DNA of 64,000 nt from Candidatus Bathyarchaeota archaeon (GTDB lineage: Archaea; Thermoproteota; Bathyarchaeia; TCS64). Below are positions 56,061-64,000 of the stretch, one piece after another (position 1 is the first letter of the stretch; each line of letters starts with the position of its first letter). The DNA lies in assembly GCA_963820555.1 (NCBI GenBank), contig CAWGAT010000044.1, forward strand, positions 45,638-109,637. Direction: 5' to 3'. The position numbers were made by a program, and so were the translations under genes. Under the pieces are notes generated by a model that ran no database searches, was not told where the DNA came from, and saw nothing but the letters and a program-made list of their open reading frames with translations.

Positions 56061-56657
56061 TTAGTTCTTCGGGGCGGCTTCCTTGAAGGCTTTATCGCGC
56101 GTCTGCTGGAGTGTTCTGTTGGCGAGCTGGGATATTGCGCCGTCTACTTGGAATCGGGGTAGCTCACGGAACGTCGGGTGCTTGAGGACGCGTAGGCCGG
56201 TGATCTTGTAGGGGCGGTCGGGGTGGTTTCCGTCGGGTTCGCAGCCCCACTTGTGCTTGTTGTACTCGATGAGGCCGACGCCGCGTGGTACCTCGGACGG
56301 GGCGAGGAGGCGCAGGGGTGTTAGGAGGTAGTGGTAGTTGCACCCACTGCAGGCGAAGCCGGCTCGGAAGTCGCCTCGGCTCACCTTGACCTCGACGCCC
56401 CGGAGGACGCACTCCCCCGCCTCGGCTCCTGAAAGGGACGTCGGATCGAAGTCATCTAACGCCTCACCCTTCCCGTTCCCCGAGTTGAATCTGAGCCCAA
56501 CCCCGACCGCGTCGATCACCGTCTTGTTATCCAGCTCCGTGTAGTGGCTGAGCCCCACTTGGCTTAGTGGCACCTCGGTGTCGGCGAGGAAGCAACCCTG
56601 ATTCAGGAGCCAGAGGACTGCGACGCTCTTCAGATGCTTGTGCTCGGGGGACTCCAT
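56061..56657 (-). CDS. hypothetical protein, possible PD-(D/E)XK nuclease fold
   Basis: DAVGVG ... GVEVKVSRGDF fits a D..(E/D)xK pattern; weak assignment. Confidence 0.4.
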   Translation of the reverse strand: MESPEHKHLKSVAVLWLLNQGCFLADTEVPLSQVGLSHYTELDNKTVIDAVGVGLRFNSGNGKGEALDDFDPTSLSGAEAGECVLRGVEVKVSRGDFRAGFACSGCNYHYLLTPLRLLAPSEVPRGVGLIEYNKHKWGCEPDGNHPDRPYKITGLRVLKHPTFRELPRFQVDGAISQLANRTLQQTRDKAFKEAAPKN

Positions 56658-56784
56658 GCGTGGTCAGGGGTGCCCCGTGTGTCCCCCTAGCTATTTAAGT
56701 GGAGTCGAGCGGTCGCGGGCGGGGGCACGTGAAAGTGGACGGGGCGAGCAAGTTTCTTCCCTCTCTGAGCCGCATCAAAGATGA

Positions 56785-58504
56785 TTGACTATGGGCTCCC
56801 TACGATTCGTGAAGGACGAGGTCACCGCCGAGAACGGCATGGTGACCGCATCCACGCCTCCATCCGCCGAGGCCGGGCTCAGAATACTCAAGGCCGGTGG
56901 CAACGCCTTCGACGCCGGCGTAGCCGTGGGCTTCTGCAACACGGTGCTCGAACCCTACCTCGCGGGGCTCGGTGGCCTAGGCTTCATGGTCGCCTACTCA
57001 GTGGAAGATCAGCGTGTGGTCTCTATCGACTTCAACACGAGGGCGCCGAGGGCTGCCTCCCCCGATATGTTTAAGGTCGTCGGCGACGCCGCCGCTGGTG
57101 GCACCAAGATATTCGAGGTCGAGGGGAACGAGAACAGCGTCGGGGGGAAGGCCCTCACCATCCCCGCGACCTGCGCCGGCTTCCTCAAGGCCCACGAACT
57201 CTACGGCGCCCTCCCACTCGCGGATGTCGTCGAGCCCGCACACAAGCTCGCCTCGGAGGGCTTCACACTCGGATGGGACCAGGCACTCGTCAACGCGACC
57301 CTGGCACGGGAGAGCCAGAGGTGCCCCAGCCATAGACGACGTTTGGCTACCCGGAGGCTTCCCCGCCGCGCCCGGGACCCGGATAGTGCAGCCCGACCTC
57401 GCCAAGCTCCTGAAGAGGATAGGTGCGGAGGGGCGCGACGCCATATACGCAGGTGAGGTGGCGAAAGCCGTCGAGGAGGCGGTCGCCGCTGCTGGGGGTG
57501 TGATGACCGCGGAGGACCTCGCCGCATACGAGCCCACCGTCGGGCAGCCCATCAAGATCAGCTACCGGGGCTTCGAGGTGGCGACCACCTCGACGCCGAG
57601 CGGCGGCGTCACAATACTAGAAACTATGAAGATTCTGGAGGGCTTCGATCTCGCGGGGCTGGGACACAACTCCTCCGAGTACCTTCACGTCCTCGTGGAG
57701 GCGTCGCGCCACGCCTTCGCCGACAGGTACAGCTTACTCGGGGACTGGGAGCACACCGACGTACCCCTCTCGGGGCTGCTCTCCGATTCCTACACGACCT
57801 ACATCCACGGGCTCATCACGGAGATGACGAGGTTCCGGAGGGATGTAGCGGAGCCCTGGGTGAGGTACCTAGGTGCCCCGATACACGACCCATGGCAACA
57901 CGAGGGCAGGAAGATGCCCACGCCGAGGGGAGCATCGTCCCCGAGCCCACCCTGCGGAGAGACGAGCCACTTCAACGTCGTCGACAACGAGGGGAATGCA
58001 GTGGCTTGCACTCACACACCCGGCTTCCAAGCTGGTGTCGTCCCCAAGGGCACAGGCCTCTACCTCACAGCCGCGATGGGGTGGTTCGTCCCCGCACCAG
58101 GCTACCCTAACAGCGTCGCGCCGTGGAAGAGGCCCATGATGAACATGGGTCCCCTTATGATCCTGAAGGACGGTGTTCCCATCATAATCGAGGGCGCACC
58201 GGGGAGCCGCCGAATAATCGAGAGGAACCTGCAGGTCGTCCTCAACATGATCGAGTTTGGGATGGGGCCCCAAGACGCGGTCTCGGCGCCAACTATCGAT
58301 GCTAGCGGGCTCGACACACTTGTCGACTCCCGTATCCCGTCCATCCCCATGGAGGGCCTGCGCAAGCGTTTCCACAACGTCAAGGTAGTCGAGGAGGGCC
58401 CCGGACTCAGCTATTTCGCAAGGCCATCAGCCATCCTGATCGGCGACGAGAACCTGAGGGCGGGCGTCGACCTCTTCCGGAGGTCCACAGCCCTAGGGTA
58501 CTAG
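56785..58504 (+). CDS. ggt: gamma-glutamyltranspeptidase-family protein, with a frameshift near 57300-57320
   Basis: AGGNAFDAGVA N-terminal motif and autoprocessing/catalytic GETSHFNVVD. The second part lies in ORF 57014-58504. Confidence 0.85.
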
Positions 58505-58545
58505 CCGGGAAGCGTCTATATCTCCCAGTTCTACACGATCGCTCG

Positions 58546-59166
58546 ATGGTCAAGCGGGCTATAGTCCAGATAGACGAGGAGAGGTGCAACGGCTGCGGTG
58601 AGTGCATCCCCCGATGCGCGGAGGGGGCGCTCAAGATCGTTGATGGGAAGGCGAGGCTCGTCAGCGAGGTCTACTGCGACGGACTCGGTGCCTGCCTCGG
58701 CACATGCCCGCAGAACGCCATAAAGGTCATCGAGCGGGAGGCCCCCGCCTTCGACGAGGAGGCCACCAAGGAGCACCAGGAGTCCCAGAAGCCGAAGAGG
58801 AGGTCGAGGCTCAGGAACTGGCCCGTTCAGCTCAACCTCGTCAACCCACAAGCCCCATTCCTCAAGGGCGCAGACCTCCTAATCATGTCCGACTGCGTCC
58901 CAGTCGCGAGCCCCGACTGGCAGGGCACCCTCCTGAAGAACCAGGTCGTCCTAGTCGGCTGCCCCAAGTTCGACGACGTCCCCGCATACCTAGAGAAGCT
59001 CACCGAGATATTCCGATACAACGACATCAAGCACGTCAAGATCGTCCACATGGAGGTCCCTTGCTGCTCGGGCCTCGCCGGCCTCGTGGCCCACGCCATC
59101 AGGGACGCGGGCAAGGATATATCCCTCGAGCGAATAGTCGTGAGCGTCGAGGGTGAGCCACTCTAA
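58546..59166 (+). CDS. 4Fe-4S dicluster domain protein
   Basis: CNGCGECIPRCAEG and CDGLGACLGTCP motifs at the N-terminus; Cys-rich C-terminal domain (VPCCSG). Confidence 0.7.
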   Translation: MVKRAIVQIDEERCNGCGECIPRCAEGALKIVDGKARLVSEVYCDGLGACLGTCPQNAIKVIEREAPAFDEEATKEHQESQKPKRRSRLRNWPVQLNLVNPQAPFLKGADLLIMSDCVPVASPDWQGTLLKNQVVLVGCPKFDDVPAYLEKLTEIFRYNDIKHVKIVHMEVPCCSGLAGLVAHAIRDAGKDISLERIVVSVEGEPL

Positions 59167-59249
59167 AGTCTTTTCTCGCCCAAGCCCCATAGACTAGGCA
59201 GCTTCTGGAGGTATAGGAGACGAAGATAACCGACATCAAGACCTACCCA

Positions 59250-60311
59250 ATGTGGATACCCCTCAGGGAGACGGAGCCCCTCTCCGCATACCCGAAGAGG
59301 AGGAGCGTGCACATCCTCGTCGAGGTCACGACGGACGAGGGGATAAAGGGCTACGGGGAGGCGATCCCCTACACATACGGCGCAGTGGGGGGCTACATCG
59401 AGCAGCAGCTCAAGCCCCTCCTCGTCGGGGAGGACCCGATGCAGGTGGAGCGCCTTTGGAACAAGGTCTACCATGTCAGCTTCGGCCACGGCATCAAGGG
59501 CATATCCATACAGGCTCTAAGCAGCGTCGAGATCGCCCTCTGGGATATAATTGGGAAAGCCCGAAAACTACCCGTCTATGAGATGATAGGAGGACTCTGC
59601 AAGCCCAGGGTAAAGGCGTATGCTAGCCTCATGGAGTACAAGAAGCCTGAGGAGGTCGCTAAGGTCAGCCAGCGCTGGGTTGAGGAGGGCTACAAGGGGA
59701 TCAAGATCCACCAGGGCAAGTACGACGGCGTCGCCTGCACGAGGGCGGTCCGTGACGCGGTCGGAGACGACATCGAGGTGATGCTCGACGTCAACGGGGC
59801 TTGGACACCCGGCGAGGCCCTTAAGGCGGCCCGCCAGCTGGAGAGATATAACCTCACGTGGCTCGAGGAGCCCATCTGGCCAGTCGACGACTACGACAGC
59901 CTCGCGTGGCTTAGGACGAAGACTGACATCCCCATCGCTGGTGGGGAGAACGAGTACACCCACTACGGCTTCAAGAACATCGTCGAGAAGCACCCATACG
60001 ATCTCGTCCAACCCGACGTCATTATGACGGGTGGCATAACTGCCTGCAGGAAGATATTCGCGCTCGCCGAGGCATGGAACCTCGATCTTGCAACCCACAG
60101 CTTCTTCTTCGGCCCCGGCATCCCCGCCTCCGTTCACCTCAGCCTCAGCAACAACCGCAGCGAATGGGTCGAGATTAACGCGGTCCCCCTCGAGTCCTAT
60201 TTCATAGACCCCGCATACCGCCCCGAGAAGGGGTACCTCACTGCTCCGAATAAGCCCGGCCTCGGCTTCGAGGTCGACTGGGACGTCGTCAACAAATACG
60301 CGATAAAGTGA
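59250..60311 (+). CDS. enolase-superfamily enzyme (mandelate racemase/muconate-lactonizing family)
   Basis: VEVTTDEGIKGYGEA capping region plus metal-ligand pattern LDVNGAW, LEEP, GGE. The frame stays open upstream as ETKITDIKTYP without an ATG, so the true start may be non-canonical or miscalled. Confidence 0.85.
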   Translation: MWIPLRETEPLSAYPKRRSVHILVEVTTDEGIKGYGEAIPYTYGAVGGYIEQQLKPLLVGEDPMQVERLWNKVYHVSFGHGIKGISIQALSSVEIALWDIIGKARKLPVYEMIGGLCKPRVKAYASLMEYKKPEEVAKVSQRWVEEGYKGIKIHQGKYDGVACTRAVRDAVGDDIEVMLDVNGAWTPGEALKAARQLERYNLTWLEEPIWPVDDYDSLAWLRTKTDIPIAGGENEYTHYGFKNIVEKHPYDLVQPDVIMTGGITACRKIFALAEAWNLDLATHSFFFGPGIPASVHLSLSNNRSEWVEINAVPLESYFIDPAYRPEKGYLTAPNKPGLGFEVDWDVVNKYAIK

Positions 60312-60491
60312 ATGTATTTGATATGCTAAAGCTCAAAGTATCGGGGGATAGAAGTGTGAAGATATTTAATCCTTTTCCGCAATGAATGTTTAGATTCAAT
60401 TCGTTGAATCGATAACAACTATTCCGAAATACGCACCGAGGTAGTAAATACTTTAATTATGAGAAGCGACGAAAATCTCTGTGGTGGACGA

Positions 60492-60647
60492 ATGAATAAA
60501 ATAAAAGTCAAATGCCCCAATTGCGGAAACGTCTTCGAGACCCTTGAGGGACCGTTTCAAATGGCGAACTGTGAAAAGTGCCACACAAAGTTCGATAAAC
60601 CGACAAATAAGACCGATGAGCCTGTGTCGAAGCAGGGATCTACCTGA
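60492..60647 (+). CDS. small zinc-ribbon protein
   Basis: CPNCG ... CEKCH pairs in a 51-aa ORF (MNKIKVKCPNCGNVFE). Confidence 0.4.
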   Translation: MNKIKVKCPNCGNVFETLEGPFQMANCEKCHTKFDKPTNKTDEPVSKQGST

Positions 60648-60775
60648 CCCAATTTTAACCTACGAGCCTAGAGGCGCTTGATATTTTTCACGCGTAAGAG
60701 TTGCTAAAAATAGCCATTAAGTCTCACACTACGAGAAGCTTCCTGTGCGCCGTTATAGATAGCGAGTTTAGAAAA

Positions 60776-60824
60776 TGGTGGGGATCGGTGAGATTTGAAC
60801 TCGCCACACCCTGAAGATATCCCC
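60776..60824 (-). other. tRNA-like acceptor/T-arm minihelix with encoded CCA (a tRNA remnant, a split-tRNA 3' half, or an att-site relic)
   Basis: Minus-strand RNA: GGGGAUA-UCUUCAGGGUGU-GGCGAG-UUCAAAU-CUCACC-GAUCCCC-A-CCA. It has a T-loop consensus, a 6-bp acceptor-like stem and a 6-bp T-like stem with one mismatch, but no D or anticodon arm. An oligo-U run follows the CCA. Confidence 0.3.
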
Positions 60825-61040
60825 CGCAAAACCCCTTTTTCTGTTAAACGTCTAAAAAATGATGGGGGGTATTAGGTGGAAGTGAGGATAAGACTATGGA
60901 AACTACCTTCACACACGAAGTACCCTGAGATTCAAAGCTAGCATGCGAAAATATATTTAAAGGAACCTTTAATTGAAGGCTTTCTCGCTTGCATGTTGAA
61001 AAAAATACTTTTTAAAAAAATGTAAAAAAAATTGAATAGG

Positions 61041-62690
61041 TTAATTGAATGAGAAAGTGGAGGTCTTGCCGTTGATGTCGAAGTTCTGTAAGCGGATTTG
61101 TGGAAGATCGATGTATATGCTACCTCTAGAGATTGTAATTGTTGCTGGATAACCGAACCAAACGGTTTCCCGGGTTCCGTCTAGCTTTGCCCAATCCTTC
61201 CTGAAGTTCAGCCAGCAATCGATTTTAACGCTGTCTTTTGTCTGCTCTATGATGTTACCCCAGCCCTCCACGTAGAAGTTATCGATGGAGCCCTTGGGTG
61301 ATTCTTCAATGGCTGAAACAAGGTTCTTTTCGGAGTAGCTTAGAGTGAAGTGGCAGTTCCAGCTATCGATTGAGAGATCCCAGTTACCCTTGACGATTGA
61401 AGCTGAGGAGGCACCCTGGTATTTGCCAACGGTTCCTGACGCGATTCCGTAGAGTCGATAGGTTGCTGGATCCCAGTAAACGTTATTGGCGGTATCGATC
61501 CATCCGCAGTAGAGGTCTACACCGTTGTAATTGTAGATTCCATATCCATAGATGTTGTAGCCTTGACTTGGGCGGTCACCATACTCGTTGAGGTTGCAAT
61601 ATCCGCTTGCACCATTGAAACCTGCTGCGACTTCGGGCAGAACCGCCTTCACTGTTAATGGGTCTCCTCCTGGAACGTAGTTTGCTTGTACGATGCTTAG
61701 AGCCAATACCCAGTATATGTCGTAGTCAAATGATGTGTAGGCTGTGAATTCCTGCCCCGTCATCTGTACATATCGGTTATAGGCGTCCCAGAATAGTGGG
61801 CCCTGATTGAAGTTTGCGAGGGTGCTGAATAGTTTAACGTGGCTTGACTGTTCAGGGACATCATTCTTAAGATTCCAGCTAAGTGCTGTACCATCAGCCC
61901 CGAACCATTTTGTACCGTAGATGAGTGGGTAGTTCTTGAGAGTAGCGAGCATTACCGAAGCTTCGTTAAAGGAGAGCAGCAAGATGCCTGTCTCGGAGCT
62001 CTTCGATTTCAGGGCCTTCATCTGTTTTTCGGCTGCACCAAGGTAACTGGAGAAATTCGTTGCTGCTGGATCATATCGAGTCGATGAGTCACCAACCACT
62101 TTGCCGCCGAGAGCGTTGTATGCCGGGGTGAAGTAGTTGACGAGACCATCACCCCAGTTGTCTCCTCGCCATATGATTATGACTTGTTTGTATCCATAGC
62201 TCCAAACCATACTTGCGAGTGCTGGCCCAACGTTATCGTCGGATGGGCAGAGCCTGAAGAGGTTGTCGTTGGCAATCTTTAGACTGGGGGAGGTCGAGGA
62301 TGAACTCAGCATCAGTATATTATTCTCGTTGATATAGGGTAGGCAATAATCGGCCTGGCTGCTCCAGCCTCCGCCGTTGATGAATTTTATTCCCTCCGAG
62401 TTGAGTTCCTGGACTTTCGATAAACAGGTAACCGCGTCACCAGACGCGCTCTTCATCTCGTAGGCGAATTGGTAAGCCATGCCATTTGCAGTCATGTAAT
62501 TGTTAATGTCCCCGATGGCTATCTGAGCCACCGCTTCGCCTGTAAACAAGGAACCATCGTCAGCTACGATCTTGCCTATGGTTATTGTGGTTGTCTCAGC
62601 TTTGACTAATGGTGAAGAGATTGGTAAAAGTATCACCAATAGAAGGAAAGCTGCTAACACTACTCGCGTGTGCGCGAGCCTACTTTTCAT
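61041..62690 (-). CDS. type-1 periplasmic-binding-fold (LivK-like) substrate-binding protein with an extra C-terminal domain
   Basis: Signal/anchor VVLAAFLLLVILLPI. ITIGKIV..GEAVAQIAIGDIN, FRLCPSDD and WGDGL resemble the branched-chain amino-acid SBP family. No adjacent permease genes. Lower GC than the core. Confidence 0.7.
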   Translation of the reverse strand: MKSRLAHTRVVLAAFLLLVILLPISSPLVKAETTTITIGKIVADDGSLFTGEAVAQIAIGDINNYMTANGMAYQFAYEMKSASGDAVTCLSKVQELNSEGIKFINGGGWSSQADYCLPYINENNILMLSSSSTSPSLKIANDNLFRLCPSDDNVGPALASMVWSYGYKQVIIIWRGDNWGDGLVNYFTPAYNALGGKVVGDSSTRYDPAATNFSSYLGAAEKQMKALKSKSSETGILLLSFNEASVMLATLKNYPLIYGTKWFGADGTALSWNLKNDVPEQSSHVKLFSTLANFNQGPLFWDAYNRYVQMTGQEFTAYTSFDYDIYWVLALSIVQANYVPGGDPLTVKAVLPEVAAGFNGASGYCNLNEYGDRPSQGYNIYGYGIYNYNGVDLYCGWIDTANNVYWDPATYRLYGIASGTVGKYQGASSASIVKGNWDLSIDSWNCHFTLSYSEKNLVSAIEESPKGSIDNFYVEGWGNIIEQTKDSVKIDCWLNFRKDWAKLDGTRETVWFGYPATITISRGSIYIDLPQIRLQNFDINGKTSTFSFN

Positions 62691-62987
62691 AACTTTTTCT
62701 TCACATCCTTTGTACCGCATTAGCGGTACCAAACCTCATTTTTTCAATTTTTCTTAAAGGATGTACGTTTGCTTACAAACACATTGTGTTAAAATGTAGA
62801 TCTAGCCTCACTCTAAATACGTGGAACAAAAGGTTCTCACTATTTCGTTCAATTCGAACTACCTAACTCCCAAACAATGGATATTTCACACGACTTGCAC
62901 GATTAGTGTAAATATTAAATTTATCTTGTTAAAAAACTTAAATATTTGACTTAAACAAACCATATAACAGTTCAGGAAAAATGGGCC

Positions 62988-63518
62988 ATGCCTTATTCTA
63001 AGAAGGCTCAGACACGAACTTTTCGCATCGACCCCACATTGTTGGCCATCCTGGATTCCGAGGCCGAGGAACAGGGAATCACCTCCAGTGCCCTGATGAA
63101 CCAGATCCTCAAGAAATATGCTCTTATCGGGAGATTCGATGAAAAGGACGAAGCAATCAATATATCCCATGATGCGCTCAAGTTGATGGTTGAGCAGCTA
63201 AATAAGGAGCAACTGGTGAGAATTGGTGCTAAATCTGGGTTGGAGTTAAGCTCAAACTACTTCTACATGATGGAGAAAAAGGATGTTGACAGTGTAATAT
63301 CATTCATGAACTTGCAGCTTGGCAAGTACAGCGGCTGGTATCAGCTTCACTCTTCGGTTGAGAATAAGAAGTATACTTTGTTGTTATCCCATCAGTTGGA
63401 GATAAAGTGGAGCATTTGGCTTCAGAATGTCATGGAGACATTTCTAAAGAGCATTCTTAATGTGACGGTAACTTCAGAGGCCAAAGAGAACTCTGTAATA
63501 CTTAGCTTCACCCTGTAA
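62988..63518 (+). CDS. hypothetical protein with an N-terminal ribbon-helix-helix (CopG-like) region
   Basis: TRTFRIDPTLLAILDSEAEEQGITSSALMNQILKKY fits an RHH pattern; ~120-aa unknown C-terminal domain. Confidence 0.45.
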   Translation: MPYSKKAQTRTFRIDPTLLAILDSEAEEQGITSSALMNQILKKYALIGRFDEKDEAINISHDALKLMVEQLNKEQLVRIGAKSGLELSSNYFYMMEKKDVDSVISFMNLQLGKYSGWYQLHSSVENKKYTLLLSHQLEIKWSIWLQNVMETFLKSILNVTVTSEAKENSVILSFTL

Positions 63519-63615
63519 GAGACAGTTTACCATAGATATCATTTATCTACACTAACCCAAGCAATGAATCAAAGAAAAAAACTATGTTTTTTTTAAAAAA
63601 AGAGAGATGAATAGC

Positions 63616-64000
63616 TTAGACTTTAGATGATGGAGCGACACTGATTTTACTTGGGCTGAAACAATCAACAATCGTTGGTCGGGTTAAGTAATAGATCATT
63701 AGCGCTGCAATAACTACCGTTACCAGTCCCCCTGGTAGGGAGATGACGCCGTAAACAGCATCTAGTGCAGCAAACGCGATACCGAGCATACGTGCCCAAG
63801 GCTTCCCCGCTAAGTAACCCCAGGCTACTAAGAAGGAGATGATTCCCGCAAGGAGAAAGATTATGCCCATTACCCCGCTTAAAGCGCCTAGCACCCCTGA
63901 GGGCGCTGAGAGCTCTGTCGGAGTATACTGGCCGACCATCCCCATCAGCATGACAGAGCCTGCTCCCATGAGGAGGGCTCCGAGTCCTACAAGTATCTGC
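63616..64000 (-). CDS. small polytopic membrane protein, 5' end possibly outside the window
   Basis: Hydrophobic helices. The reading frame stays open upstream of M63969 to the window edge (..QILVGLGALLMGAGS..). Confidence 0.5.
   Translation of the reverse strand, partial: QILVGLGALLMGAGSVMLMGMVGQYTPTELSAPSGVLGALSGVMGIIFLLAGIISFLVAWGYLAGKPWARMLGIAFAALDAVYGVISLPGGLVTVVIAALMIYYLTRPTIVDCFSPSKISVAPSSKV

Noticed and set aside
59568-60137. 189-aa minus-strand ORF antisense to the enolase-superfamily gene
   Set aside because: Shadow ORF with no motifs.
60866-60931. Possible C/D-box sRNA (AUGAUGG ... CUGA)
   Set aside because: The C box is imperfect, no properly spaced D' or C' boxes exist, and the C-to-D spacing does not fit the 12-nt guide architecture.

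Overview
Archaeal chromosomal segment, identified by TBP, BRE/TATA-type promoters, Hdr/Mvh genes and a UPF0200/UPF0201 pair. Coding regions are GC-rich and spacers AT-rich. In order: tbp; an orphan TerS-like/TerL-like pair; two surface proteins; argH; a ROK kinase, an FAH-family enzyme, a QueG-like protein and a flavodoxin; a 2-oxoacid:ferredoxin oxidoreductase operon; a Mvh-type group-3 [NiFe] hydrogenase followed by two tandem HdrA-MvhD fusion genes; three stand-alone RAM-domain proteins; nfnAB-like genes plus a bacterial-type gdhA; a six-gene Ech-type group-4 [NiFe] hydrogenase followed directly by hdrC-hdrB-hdrA(mvhD); housekeeping genes; a decayed IS110-family element; a low-GC integrase island carrying a collagen-like protein; transporters; a peptide/cyclic-amide catabolic cluster; and a tRNA-like minihelix at a second GC break. 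The best candidate for an undescribed system is the Ech-type locus (28829-39093): its NuoC-like subunit is fused to a complete GltD/NfnB-type NAD(P)H flavoprotein, which suggests a complex-I-like, NAD(P)H-linked, ion-translocating hydrogenase, possibly working with Hdr. About 20 single-nucleotide frame disruptions plus one in-frame stop interrupt otherwise conserved genes. They are unevenly distributed, and where the junction can be placed most are short-run indels, so sequencing error and real decay cannot be separated from sequence alone. All calls rest on reading motifs in the supplied translations and on manual translation; no database search was possible.
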